DNA of 64,000 nucleotides. Source: Verrucomicrobiia bacterium (GTDB lineage: Bacteria > Verrucomicrobiota > Verrucomicrobiia > Limisphaerales > UBA1319). The DNA is taken from assembly GCA_963664225.1 (NCBI GenBank), contig OY760937.1, positions 4,672,001 through 4,736,000 of the forward strand, written 5' to 3'. Both the position numbers and the translations under genes were made by a program. The notes beneath the pieces are model-generated. The model did not search any database, had not been told where the DNA came from, and saw only the letters and a program-made list of their open reading frames with translations. Below, piece after piece: positions 37,948-48,515 of this stretch (positions are counted from its first letter, which is position 1; the number at the start of each line of letters is the position of its first letter).

Positions 37948-40900
37948 TTATGGTTTTTGAATTACGCGATAGAAGCGCCGACCGGAGACGGTCGCATTTT
38001 CGTCCACGCATTCCACAAGATTGGTGGTCACCGTGTTGGTGGTCACGAGGGTGGTCCAACCCGTCAGGTTGGTGGACACCTGGAATTCGAGGTTTTTGCC
38101 GTATTCAGCGGAAACCATGACATGGAACTTTCCGTTCACGGGCTTGCCCATGTACCTAAGGTAAGGCGGCGCGCTGAGTGGAATGACCCGCACCTGCACG
38201 TTATCCAATCCCCAGGACTCGAGGTTCAGATTGGTGCTCAGACCCGAGGCGCCGAAGTTAAGGGTCAGCGTGTCCGCCGAATGCGTGAAGGTCTGGCTGA
38301 ATTTATAGACACTGTCAGACGCGGCTCCATCCACACTGGCGTAGCCAAGCACATTGGTTTCCGCAGCGCCTGTCAGTGCCAGATGCATCGGCCCGGAAAT
38401 CGAGTCGGGATAGCTCTGGGCAAACTCGATGCTGTTGGTGGGACCGTTATTGAAGGAGGCATTGAGCAGTTTCAATCCTCCCGCGACGTCCACGTTAAAC
38501 AGGTCGGGTCCGTCGTTGGTGTTATTGCCGTCCCACGATCCGATGATCAACAGGTCGAAACTGACCATGACGGAAGAGTGCGGTGTGAGATCAGGCAGGG
38601 TGAGGACGACGTTTGTCGGGCCGAACCGGCCCAGGAATTTCCGCTGGCCGGAAGGCGCCGTGGTGATGTTGGTTTGTGACCACACGTCAGAGGCCGCGCC
38701 GCTTTGGAAGTCGGCGCCATAGACCAGATCGCCGGTCGGCGCCTGGCCTGAGGGAGTGACGGTGAGGTCGTAGAGAATGGGAGGAATCTCACTGGCTCCG
38801 GCTTGGAATGTGGCCTCCACTTCCAGATATTTGCCCGGCGCAGTCGAGTGGAGAGGAATCCCATTGAGGGCGTTTTCCCAGAGCGTCCAGTTCGCGCGAT
38901 CATTGGAACTGCGCACGCGCACCTTGATGAAGGTGCCGGCGGCTTCCTTGGAATGCCAACTGACCGTTCCCCATGGCGTGTCTTCAAGACCCCCATTATG
39001 AATGACTGACCAGCGGCCGGACCGGATGGTGGCGGTGTGGGAGATGATGCCGGTCATATCGCTGTAACCGTAGTGGTTGCCGCCCACTATGCGTTTGGAC
39101 AGATCGACGGTGTTGTTGGCGGGATTGATGCGCTCAATGTTCTCGTCGCCAAAGTTGACCGCCCAAACCTTGCCGTCGGCATCCACGGCAACGCCTGTAG
39201 GCTGGTTGCCGACCGGAATGGTGGCTTTGAGGGTGCCGTCATTGGACCAGCGCGAGACATAGCCTGGGGTCGAATTGGCAACCCAGACATCGCCATCATC
39301 GGTGACCGTGGCACCGCGCATTTCGTTGAGGGCGTCTTTAGTCCATTCCTTGAGACCGGTGAGCGTGTTGACGCGCGAGAGTTTGCTGGATTGCCAACCG
39401 GTGGCGAACAGGTGATTGCTGCGGTCCAAGGCTAATCCATAAACCGTGTGTCCAATATCAATGGTTCTGAAGGAATCATCCTTGGGATCCAGGCGCAGCA
39501 CATGGTTTTTGTCGTTGCCTGAGGACCAGAGGATGCCGTTGCCATCGATTAATGCCCCATACGAGGTGTGGTTCACGGAAGAAACATCGTTGGTTTTGAG
39601 AATCCGGCCGGTGAGACCGTCCGCGTAATAAAACTTTTTGGAACCGTAGCAGCCGAGCCAGACATTGCCCTGGGCGTCCACCGCAACGCCCCGCGGGCCT
39701 GGATTCCAATAATCATTGGCGTAAGCGTTTGTGAAGGCACCGGGAATAAACGTGCCTTCCTGGCCCGGAATGAGCACGAGTTCGAGCAAGACGCATTCAT
39801 CCTTGCCCCAGTCGAGCATCTCATCGGCGGAAATGATGCCGTCCCCGTTTTTATCCTGCGATGTTTCGATGATGCCGTTGCCGTTGCGGTCGGAATATTG
39901 ACCGTTTTCGTAGAGGCCGATTTTGACCACGGTGGCGCTCTGGCGGTTGGCGACCCAGCAATTACCCTGCAGATCCACTGTCGTGCGTGAAGGGCTCAAG
40001 GTTAATCCGGGAGGTCCTGTGCGATAGCGGCCCAACTCGCGCCCGGTGCGCGTATCGACTTTCGAGACCGTGCCTTCGTTGGAGTTAGGCACCCAAATGA
40101 AGGGCAGGGTGACCGCTTCCGTGGAAAGCTGGAGTTGGTTATGGACCGTTTGATACTCGACGCCGACCAGAACGCCCTTCTCGAAATCCGCATCCAGAGT
40201 GTAGGTGCCTGGTTGGGAGGTTGTGGCTTTGGCGGTGATTTTCACCGTGGAGATGGTGGCATCCAATTTTGTGCCATCGTTGCTCGACATGGCCATCACC
40301 AGCAGGTCTTTTATTGTGCCTGCGGGAATATTGGCCGATCCTGTCACGTCCACCTTGAACTCAAAGGCGTTTCCGGCTGCCACGGGAGCATTGGTCCAGC
40401 CCGTGCCGGTCACAGCGGCGGTGATCTCGTTGGCGCCATAGATGGCGTCGTAATAATGAACTTCCCAACCAGCACCTCCGGAGGGGCCTCGCACGACAAA
40501 GCTGTCGGGGAGATTGCCCAGATTGATGATTTTGAGGATGAAGGTGGCCTTCTCGCCGGGCTCGACTTCCAAGGTTTTTTGCTGACCCGCCCCGTTGTTA
40601 TTGACCAGGTTTTCGCCTGTAAAACGCACATCCTCCGTGCGGCGAACAGCCATGTCCGGCTGATAGAAAGGCTTGTTAATGGTCACTGCAGACAGGGAGT
40701 CCTTTACCAATGGATCGCCGCTGGCGAACAGATTAAACACCAGGGTCTGAATAGCGTTGCCCACTGTCGATTTGGAAGTAGTGACCTCGAAACGCAATTC
40801 AGTCGCGGAAGTGGCGTTGGTGGATACGACAAAGTTACCCTGATTGAAAACTCTATCCGTGATTTCATTGCCGCCAGTCAATGCGTCGTAAACGCGCACA

Positions 40901-43900
40901 GTCCAGCCTTGGGCGGGAGGGGTCACACGGAGTATCATCCCATCAGGCAGGTTGCCGTTATATTTTAACTTAAGGTTGTAAATAGCGGGCGTGTCGAAGA
41001 GCACCGTTTGCGTTACGGTTTGGCTGGCAGGATCGAAGACGTTGTCGCCGATGTAAGAAGCGTCTCCGGCCTTTCGGATCATGCCATCGACCAGGCGGGT
41101 TGCCTGGGCGGCTCCGGATTCGTAGGCGCCCATATCCACTGTTGCGGCATGGATGCGCAGGCGTCCGTCCAGATCGGTCCATGTCGGATTGACGAGAGCA
41201 TTATCCCCGGCATCGATGGCAGGAGATACAGCGTTGAGATGGTAATTTGCCGTGGCGAGATCCACGAATTGCGGATCAATCTGGAGATCGGAATCCGCGA
41301 GGTTCAGGATGGCTGCGCCGCCGAAGGGACCTTTGCCGTTTCCAAAAACGATATTGTGGTGCTCGGCGGGCGTGCCAGAAGGCACGAAAAGACCAAATCC
41401 ATTATTGAAGGCAATGATGTTATTGGCGATCAACGGCGCATTGTCAGTGGCATACACGCCCATGTCGCCGGCCGAGGCGAGCGTGTTGTTAATAATTCTG
41501 GCGGGCGAGGCCGCGTCGAGGCGGATATTGCCCCATGAGTTGGAATAGAGCAGCGAATTGCAGACCAGCGCGGAGGAGCCAAAGGTGCGGATTCCGTAAC
41601 CGCCATTGGCGAAGATTCTTACGTTCCGAAGTTGGGCATTGCCGCCATTGATGTAAACCGCGCATATCTGATACTCGCCATTGGCATAGAGGAGGTTGTC
41701 CCTGCCTGCGCCGTAGAGATCGCAGAAGCTGACTCCGGAATTTGTGGCTGAAGGCGCGAAATATATACCGGCCCATGACGCGGGCGTCGGCGTGTCTCCC
41801 ATATTGCCGAACACGACGCGATCGCTGGGCGAGCCGTTCACGAGCAGAGTGGAAGAGACATAAATGCCGCCTGTGCGCGGTTTGACCAAAACACCCGGTT
41901 CGATGTTAAGGCTGGCTGGCGCATCGACGCTGAGGTTGTTCCAGACGAGATAGGGGAAGTTGGTGCCCGCCTTGGTCCATGTCACGGCGGAGGACAGACC
42001 GCCTCCGGGAACATGGATTCCGAGGTAACCCGCGCCAGCGGCTGAATTGCCGCCAAGTTTCGGGAAACGCGACAGATCATCCATTACGACCGCAAACCAG
42101 CCACCCGGCACGTTGATGAATTGGTTGGAACGCACCAGCGCCTCGCTTCCAAACAGCTCGATGCCCTGGCCGCCCATGTCGCTAAAGACGCAATCTGTGA
42201 TGCGCGGCGAGGACCCGTCAATATACACAGCGCACCTGCGATAATCGCCATGGAGATAGCTCAGGTTGTCACGCCCGGAATAGGCCAGCCGGCATTTTTC
42301 CAGAGTGGATGCGCTGGAACCCGCCGACAAATAGATGCCTTTCCATTGGTTGGGAGCCGCCACGCTGTTGGTGGTGTCTCCATTGGAATCGCCGGCCACG
42401 GCATCATCATAGGCGGAAGTGAAGGTGACATTTGTGGCGTGGAAATTGCCGTAAACATAGAGGCCTGAATTAACCACTTTGACATTGGCTCCTGTTTGAA
42501 GGGTGAGTTCCGTTCCATTTCGAACAGAGACATCCCCGGTAATGACATAGGGCGCATTGGTGCCAAAACTGCGCCATAGGGTCGAATCGATGACTTCGCC
42601 GCCATAAATCTGAATACCCGAATAGCCGTTTGTGAGGAATGTGGTGTTGGCGGGATTGGGCACGGAGTCGGCGTCACAAGAAATGGTGTAAGCGCCGGTG
42701 TTGCCGGAGAACACCGCGTTGACGATCTGGGGATGGCTTGAGGCATAGGCCACCATCGCGCTTGAACCGCAGGCATCGATGATCAGGTCGTTAAAGGAGG
42801 GGCGCGCATTCCACATTTCAATGCCGAAGCGGCCGGACTGACTGACGGTTAGATGTTGGAAGGCTGGATTGGATCCATCAATGTAAATGGCGGTATATCG
42901 ATAGTTGCCATGCAGATAGTTCAAATTATCCTGGCCGGCATATTCGACGGTCGCATAGTTGACGATTGAGTTGCCGGCGGTTGCCCCAAAATAGATGCCT
43001 TTCCATTGCGAGGGCGCCAGATCCGCTGCGCGACTGGTGAACTTGACAGGGTCTGCCGCAGTGCCATCAACCAATAAGGTGCCGTCGATGTACCATCCGT
43101 TGTCCCGGTTTTTAAAAGTGCTGCCCGGTTCCAGTGTTAGAACGACGCCATTCGCCACGCCAACGTTGCCATAGACCAGGTAGGGGAAATTGGTGCCCGG
43201 TTTCTGCCAGTTGCCAGATTGAGTCACGGTGCCTCCCTGCATATAGACACCGGGATTACCGCTGGCATCGGTGGAATTGCCGCTGATTTTAAGCAGACAA
43301 TCGATTGTGTCGCATACGATGGGGAATCCATCGCTTCTGGTGTCGGCGAAGGTGTTGTTTTGGATCACCGCGCTGGAACTCCAGAGCTCGATGCCGTGGA
43401 GGTAATGCGCGAAGGAGGAGTTTTTGATGATGGGCGAACAGGCATCCACGTAGATTACGGGCATGCGGTAGGCGCCGTGAATATAGCCCAGGTTATCCTG
43501 ACCGGCATAGGCGAACGCGCAATGGTCCAGAACAGAGGATCCCGCGTCTCCAACAAGATAAATGCCTCTCCAATTACCCCGATCCGGGGCGGATTCGGTT
43601 CCATCGCCATTGCTGTCGCCAGCCACCGAGTCGTCCCGATAAGAGGTGAAGTTGATTTGGGAAGGATTGCCTTCGGCTTTGAGGACACCAGACACATAGA
43701 TTCCACTGTTTTGGAGCTTAACGGTGGCGCCTTGTTCGATGGTGAGCGTGACGCCTGCAGGAACACTGATTTGATCGGTCACATAATAAGGGGTTTCCGA
43801 AGTCCATTTCTTCCATAACGTGTTGGTTGCCATGGTCCCGCCCCAGATTCGGATGGCCTGAAAGCGATTGCTGGCACAGGTGATTCCTGTCGGATTGGGA

Positions 43901-45189
43901 ACGCAGGTGGCGTCCATTCCGACCAAATGATAGCCCGAGTCGTTGTTGCCGTTGTCCTGGAATTTTCCGGTGTTGATGACTGGACGACAGTTGGACTGGG
44001 CCTGGATGGCGAAACCGCCGCTTCCGCTGATGGTCAGGTTGTTAAAAGTCGAACTGCACTCCCACATATTGATTCCATCCCGACCGCTGTTGAGCACCTG
44101 CAAATCATTGAACACAGGGCTGGAACCATCCAGGTAGATGGACGTCAGCCGATAAGTGCCATGGATGTAACCGATATTATCCCGGCCCGCGCAGGAAACG
44201 GTGAGGTGGTCGAGCACGCTGGATCCGGCGTCAGGACTGAAATAGAGACCATACCATTGGCCTGGTGTTGGTTCCGCCGCGCGCCCGGTGAAAACGACGG
44301 GTTCTGCGGAGGTGCCTTGAACAAGCAACGTTCCCGCAACGGAAAACGATCCATTCCCGGTCTTTAGTGTGACCCCGGCATCAACCGACAATCGGGCATC
44401 CTTGGGAATTGTGACGCCGCCATCGAGGAGGTACGGAAAGTTCGCACCAGGTTTATTCCAGCGGTTGGTGCCGACCAACGTGCCTCCCGGCATGTAAACA
44501 CCTCCAATGCCCGTGCCCGAAAAACTGTTTCCACTGATGACCGGCACTGTGTTGATGTCGTCCAGGACGACAGGATAGCCTGAGGCGGCCATATTTTTGA
44601 AGGTGTTATTCTGGAGCGTGGACTGGCCGAGCCAGGCTTCAATGCCATGACCCGCGCTGTCCTGAATGATGCAATTGCGAATGGTTGCGGTTGCGTTATC
44701 CAGGTAGATGGAGGCGAGCCGGTAGGCGCCGTGGATATAGCCCATATTGTCCCTGCCGGCTTTTTCAATGGTGCAACCATCCAGCAGGGAATTGGTTGAG
44801 GTCGGCGACATGTAGATGCCCAGCCAGGTTGTGTCACCGCTGCTTGTGAATGTGGCGTTATTGGCTTGAATCGAACCATTTACAATGATCGCAAAGCCTG
44901 TGCTGACCTTGACGGTCACTCCGGACTCGATTGTCAGGATGGATCCGGGGGAAACGGTGACATGGCGCTCCAGCACGTAAGGGCTGTTGGCCAGGGTCCA
45001 TGTCGTGCTATTGAGAGTGACGTCCTGAACTGATTCGCCCACACGATTGACGAAAGTGTCGGCATTCGCCGCGCACAGGAGCGCGCCAAAACCAAGAACC
45101 GCCATCATGAAATCCAAAAAGAGACGCATTCCGCATGCGGATAAAGGCGAGCGCGAGCCGAGTGGAATTGAGTATTGGGCACTTTTCAT
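37948..45189 (-). CDS. Giant secreted surface protein: right-handed beta-helix repeats, choice-of-anchor-Q-like segment, beta-propeller region and FYR-type C-terminal domain
   Basis: Signal peptide (AANA-DT); repeated 'W.GIY...AG.DN..Y.HG.YR' units; SPAIDAG...DMGAYE; 'GVAVDA.G.VW' blades; D.NG[ND]G Ca-binding-like loops; ends RRFYRVIQKP. Confidence 0.8.
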   Translation of the reverse strand: MKSAQYSIPLGSRSPLSACGMRLFLDFMMAVLGFGALLCAANADTFVNRVGESVQDVTLNSTTWTLANSPYVLERHVTVSPGSILTIESGVTVKVSTGFAIIVNGSIQANNATFTSSGDTTWLGIYMSPTSTNSLLDGCTIEKAGRDNMGYIHGAYRLASIYLDNATATIRNCIIQDSAGHGIEAWLGQSTLQNNTFKNMAASGYPVVLDDINTVPVISGNSFSGTGIGGVYMPGGTLVGTNRWNKPGANFPYLLDGGVTIPKDARLSVDAGVTLKTGNGSFSVAGTLLVQGTSAEPVVFTGRAAEPTPGQWYGLYFSPDAGSSVLDHLTVSCAGRDNIGYIHGTYRLTSIYLDGSSPVFNDLQVLNSGRDGINMWECSSTFNNLTISGSGGFAIQAQSNCRPVINTGKFQDNGNNDSGYHLVGMDATCVPNPTGITCASNRFQAIRIWGGTMATNTLWKKWTSETPYYVTDQISVPAGVTLTIEQGATVKLQNSGIYVSGVLKAEGNPSQINFTSYRDDSVAGDSNGDGTESAPDRGNWRGIYLVGDAGSSVLDHCAFAYAGQDNLGYIHGAYRMPVIYVDACSPIIKNSSFAHYLHGIELWSSSAVIQNNTFADTRSDGFPIVCDTIDCLLKISGNSTDASGNPGVYMQGGTVTQSGNWQKPGTNFPYLVYGNVGVANGVVLTLEPGSTFKNRDNGWYIDGTLLVDGTAADPVKFTSRAADLAPSQWKGIYFGATAGNSIVNYATVEYAGQDNLNYLHGNYRYTAIYIDGSNPAFQHLTVSQSGRFGIEMWNARPSFNDLIIDACGSSAMVAYASSHPQIVNAVFSGNTGAYTISCDADSVPNPANTTFLTNGYSGIQIYGGEVIDSTLWRSFGTNAPYVITGDVSVRNGTELTLQTGANVKVVNSGLYVYGNFHATNVTFTSAYDDAVAGDSNGDTTNSVAAPNQWKGIYLSAGSSASTLEKCRLAYSGRDNLSYLHGDYRRCAVYIDGSSPRITDCVFSDMGGQGIELFGSEALVRSNQFINVPGGWFAVVMDDLSRFPKLGGNSAAGAGYLGIHVPGGGLSSAVTWTKAGTNFPYLVWNNLSVDAPASLNIEPGVLVKPRTGGIYVSSTLLVNGSPSDRVVFGNMGDTPTPASWAGIYFAPSATNSGVSFCDLYGAGRDNLLYANGEYQICAVYINGGNAQLRNVRIFANGGYGIRTFGSSALVCNSLLYSNSWGNIRLDAASPARIINNTLASAGDMGVYATDNAPLIANNIIAFNNGFGLFVPSGTPAEHHNIVFGNGKGPFGGAAILNLADSDLQIDPQFVDLATANYHLNAVSPAIDAGDNALVNPTWTDLDGRLRIHAATVDMGAYESGAAQATRLVDGMIRKAGDASYIGDNVFDPASQTVTQTVLFDTPAIYNLKLKYNGNLPDGMILRVTPPAQGWTVRVYDALTGGNEITDRVFNQGNFVVSTNATSATELRFEVTTSKSTVGNAIQTLVFNLFASGDPLVKDSLSAVTINKPFYQPDMAVRRTEDVRFTGENLVNNNGAGQQKTLEVEPGEKATFILKIINLGNLPDSFVVRGPSGGAGWEVHYYDAIYGANEITAAVTGTGWTNAPVAAGNAFEFKVDVTGSANIPAGTIKDLLVMAMSSNDGTKLDATISTVKITAKATTSQPGTYTLDADFEKGVLVGVEYQTVHNQLQLSTEAVTLPFIWVPNSNEGTVSKVDTRTGRELGRYRTGPPGLTLSPSRTTVDLQGNCWVANRQSATVVKIGLYENGQYSDRNGNGIIETSQDKNGDGIISADEMLDWGKDECVLLELVLIPGQEGTFIPGAFTNAYANDYWNPGPRGVAVDAQGNVWLGCYGSKKFYYADGLTGRILKTNDVSSVNHTSYGALIDGNGILWSSGNDKNHVLRLDPKDDSFRTIDIGHTVYGLALDRSNHLFATGWQSSKLSRVNTLTGLKEWTKDALNEMRGATVTDDGDVWVANSTPGYVSRWSNDGTLKATIPVGNQPTGVAVDADGKVWAVNFGDENIERINPANNTVDLSKRIVGGNHYGYSDMTGIISHTATIRSGRWSVIHNGGLEDTPWGTVSWHSKEAAGTFIKVRVRSSNDRANWTLWENALNGIPLHSTAPGKYLEVEATFQAGASEIPPILYDLTVTPSGQAPTGDLVYGADFQSGAASDVWSQTNITTAPSGQRKFLGRFGPTNVVLTLPDLTPHSSVMVSFDLLIIGSWDGNNTNDGPDLFNVDVAGGLKLLNASFNNGPTNSIEFAQSYPDSISGPMHLALTGAAETNVLGYASVDGAASDSVYKFSQTFTHSADTLTLNFGASGLSTNLNLESWGLDNVQVRVIPLSAPPYLRYMGKPVNGKFHVMVSAEYGKNLEFQVSTNLTGWTTLVTTNTVTTNLVECVDENATVSGRRFYRVIQKP

Positions 45190-45421
45190 ACAATTGATTT
45201 TGTAGGTTTACCTGGGTGCGAACACCCGTTCCAATGCATCTCCTTTGATAGGAACAGGGGATTCCAACCAATGCGCTTATATTGGCAAAAATTCTTGTCT
45301 GAATCAAGATTTAATGCATAATAAGTTCCATAAATATTCTCGCCACCGTAATTGATGAGAAGAGGCGCTTCGCATGGCGCAGATCATCACCGGTTGGCGG
45401 GTGTGGATACACCCTGTCTTC

Positions 45422-48298
45422 ATGTCTATGAAAACTGAAAAGTCCTGCCGGTTCATAAAATGGTCCGCCGCCGCGGTGTGTGCCGCGTGGCTGGCTGCCG
45501 GGTCATTCGTCGAGTCTTATGCCCAGACTCCTCCGCCTGGAGCTGCCACCAATCCGCCTGCGCCGGCGTCCAAATTCAAGGAATTCGGCGAGGTGGTGAA
45601 GGGCTGCGACAAGTTCGAGGGATTCTTCAATCTCTACCGGACCAATGACACGCTTTACGCGGAAATCAAAGGCGGGGTTCTGGACCAGCCCATACTGTCG
45701 CCGATTGCCATCGCCCGGGGAATGGCCTCGGCCGGACAGCCGTTGAATTTCGGGGATGAATGGATTTTGGTTTTTCACCGGGAAGGGGACAAGATTCAGG
45801 TGATTCGCCGCAATATTCATTACCAGGCGCCGGCAGGCACACCGCTCGAAAAGGCGGTGAAGCAGAATTACACGGATTCGGTGCTGATGGCCCTGCCCAT
45901 CGTCACGCTTAATGGGGCCAATCCGGTGATTGATTTTTCCCAAATCTATTTTACGGACTTCGCCAATTTGCGGATGGGGCAGTTGGATCGCAACCGAACT
46001 TCATGGCATAAGATCAGCACGTTTCCCAATAACATCGAGTTGGAGGTGGAGGCGACCTTCATGACTGGCGGGAACATGTCCATGATGTCCTCCTATAGTG
46101 ATGATGGAGTGGCGGATGGACGTGGTGTCACGCTGGTGATTCACTTCAGCCTGGCGAAGCTGCCGGAAACGGGCTACAAACCGCGCCTGGCGGACAACCG
46201 TGTGGGCCATTTCATCAGTGCGAGCAAGGACTTCGGCTCCACCGATGCGGATTCGATGTTTGTGCGGCAGATCAACCGGTGGCGCCTGGAGAAGGCGGAT
46301 CCCAAAGCCAAGCTCTCGCCGCCGAAGAAACAGTTGATCTGGTGGGTGGAGGATACCGTTCCCCATGAGTTTCGTCCGTATGTGCAGGAGGGAATTCTGG
46401 AATGGAACAAGGCCTTTGAAAAAATCGGATTCCGGGATGCGATCGGTGTGCGCTGGCAGAATGAGCGTGACGACTTCGATCCCGAGGACATCAATTACTG
46501 CACGTTCCGCTGGATTACGACGAGCACGACCTACGCCATGTCCGGGCTCAGGGCCAATCCCCTGACTGGTGAAATGATCGATGGGGATGTGATTTTCGAC
46601 GCAAGCTGGATTCGCTATTGGAAAACACAATACGCCTTTCTGGTGGGCAAGCCGGTGGCTGCCACGGAAGGTGGGCCGGAATCTTATCGCCCACTCATGG
46701 CTGCGGAGATCATCAGCCCCATCATGGCCGCCAAATACGGTTATGGCCTGCCGATGCCACTTCTTGCCAACCGGTTGAGAAATCAAATGAGTGCCGGACA
46801 AGCAGGGTTGGAAATTCCGGAGTTGGTTCCCGCCGAGTGGACTCCGATGCAGTTCCAGTTGAGCCGCCGACTCGCGCAGGGGCGATTCAACACCTGCCAG
46901 TGTGTGGCGGGGATGCAGCCTGAGTTCGCGCTGGCCGCGATCGCCATGGCGGCTGAGAGCAAGACCAATCTGGATGGCAAACTGCCGGATGAGTTCCTCA
47001 GGCAGGCCATCAAAGAGGTGGTCATGCATGAGGTGGGGCATTCACTGGGGTTGCGCCATAATTTCCACGGGAGCACGATGCTCAAGCCGGAGGAGATCAA
47101 CGACACCGCCATCACCCGCGTCAAAGGCATGTCGGGCAGCATCATGGATTACAACCCAATCAATATCGCCCCCAAAGGGCAAAAACAGGGGGATTATGCC
47201 AGCACCACTCTTGGGCCGTATGATTATTGGGCGATCGAATATGCCTACAAGCCCATTGAAGGGGACGAACCGGCCGAGTTGAAAAAAATCGCCGAACGCT
47301 CTCCGGAAGCGGATCTGGTTTATGGCACCGACGAGGACATGTACATGAATGACGATCCCTACGTCAACGTGTATGACCTGACCTCCGATCCCATGAAATA
47401 TGGCCAGGACCGTATCGCACTGGCGGCGGAATTGTTAAAGAACCTGGATGAAAACATCGTGAAGGACGGGGAATCGTGGGCGCGGTTGCGCCGGGCTTTC
47501 ACAGTCCTGCTCGGGCAATACGGCAACGGGACCTACCTGGCCGTTCAGTATATTGGCGGGCAATCTGTTTCCCGCGACTTCAAAGGCTCAAAGGACGCAC
47601 ACGATCCTGTGACACCCATTGCCGGCGAAACGCAACGGGAGGCGATAAAGTTCCTGGTCGATAAAATCCTGAGCACACAGGCCTTCGAGTTTTCGCCTGC
47701 ATTATTACGGCGCCTGACGGAGGAGCATTGGTATCATTGGGGGGATGAATCGATGTCATTCGGCGGTGGCATCAATTATCCCATCAATGAACGGGTGCTG
47801 AGCATTCAACGCATTGTGTTGAACCAGTGTTTCAACGGCAGCGTCCTGGCCCGCATCCAAAATCAGGAACTCCAGGCTGATTCGGGGGCGAATCCGATCA
47901 AGATTGCCGAAATCTTCCAAATGCTCACCGACGGCGTATGGACGGAGGTCAAGCAGGACAGCAACGGGAATGCCCAGAATGAGATGCGGATTTCCCTGCT
48001 GCGCCGCAATCTGCAGCGCGAACACCTGCAACGCCTTTGCACCATGGTGTTGGGGAACCGCCGCAATCCCTACGACGGGATGTATGGCTACGTCATGATT
48101 CTGGGAGGAACCAGCGGCAACGTGCCTGCGGACGCCCGAAACCTGGCCCGGCTGCATTTGCAGGACATCCGCAAGAACATTCAGGCGAGCCTGGACAATC
48201 AAAACCTTAAGAAAGACAAGGCGACCGAGGCGCATCTGATGGATTGTCAGGACCGCCTGAAAAAGGTGCTTGAGGCCAGTTACATGGCCAACGATTGA
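45422..48298 (+). CDS. Secreted zinc-dependent metalloprotease (DUF5117/DUF5118/EcxA-like)
   Basis: PRLADNRVGHF, INRWRLE, metzincin motif HEVGHSLGLRHN and Met-turn SIMDY; exact start uncertain. Confidence 0.88.
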   Translation: MSMKTEKSCRFIKWSAAAVCAAWLAAGSFVESYAQTPPPGAATNPPAPASKFKEFGEVVKGCDKFEGFFNLYRTNDTLYAEIKGGVLDQPILSPIAIARGMASAGQPLNFGDEWILVFHREGDKIQVIRRNIHYQAPAGTPLEKAVKQNYTDSVLMALPIVTLNGANPVIDFSQIYFTDFANLRMGQLDRNRTSWHKISTFPNNIELEVEATFMTGGNMSMMSSYSDDGVADGRGVTLVIHFSLAKLPETGYKPRLADNRVGHFISASKDFGSTDADSMFVRQINRWRLEKADPKAKLSPPKKQLIWWVEDTVPHEFRPYVQEGILEWNKAFEKIGFRDAIGVRWQNERDDFDPEDINYCTFRWITTSTTYAMSGLRANPLTGEMIDGDVIFDASWIRYWKTQYAFLVGKPVAATEGGPESYRPLMAAEIISPIMAAKYGYGLPMPLLANRLRNQMSAGQAGLEIPELVPAEWTPMQFQLSRRLAQGRFNTCQCVAGMQPEFALAAIAMAAESKTNLDGKLPDEFLRQAIKEVVMHEVGHSLGLRHNFHGSTMLKPEEINDTAITRVKGMSGSIMDYNPINIAPKGQKQGDYASTTLGPYDYWAIEYAYKPIEGDEPAELKKIAERSPEADLVYGTDEDMYMNDDPYVNVYDLTSDPMKYGQDRIALAAELLKNLDENIVKDGESWARLRRAFTVLLGQYGNGTYLAVQYIGGQSVSRDFKGSKDAHDPVTPIAGETQREAIKFLVDKILSTQAFEFSPALLRRLTEEHWYHWGDESMSFGGGINYPINERVLSIQRIVLNQCFNGSVLARIQNQELQADSGANPIKIAEIFQMLTDGVWTEVKQDSNGNAQNEMRISLLRRNLQREHLQRLCTMVLGNRRNPYDGMYGYVMILGGTSGNVPADARNLARLHLQDIRKNIQASLDNQNLKKDKATEAHLMDCQDRLKKVLEASYMAND

Positions 48299-48515
48299 GC
48301 ATTCATCGAATAAAAACAGAGGGTTTCGACCATTGGCGGTCTGCGAAGCCCTGACTGAAGGACGGAAATTCAAGACGCTGCCGGACGGATGAAGGAACAG
48401 CCTCGCCCGACCGGCAGCGTTTCTTTGTGAATCTGGCCGGAAGGAAAACATCGAGCGGACGTTTGAATAGTATCCGATTGTGTCTCATCGATTTTGTGTT
48501 AACCTCAAATTCCCG

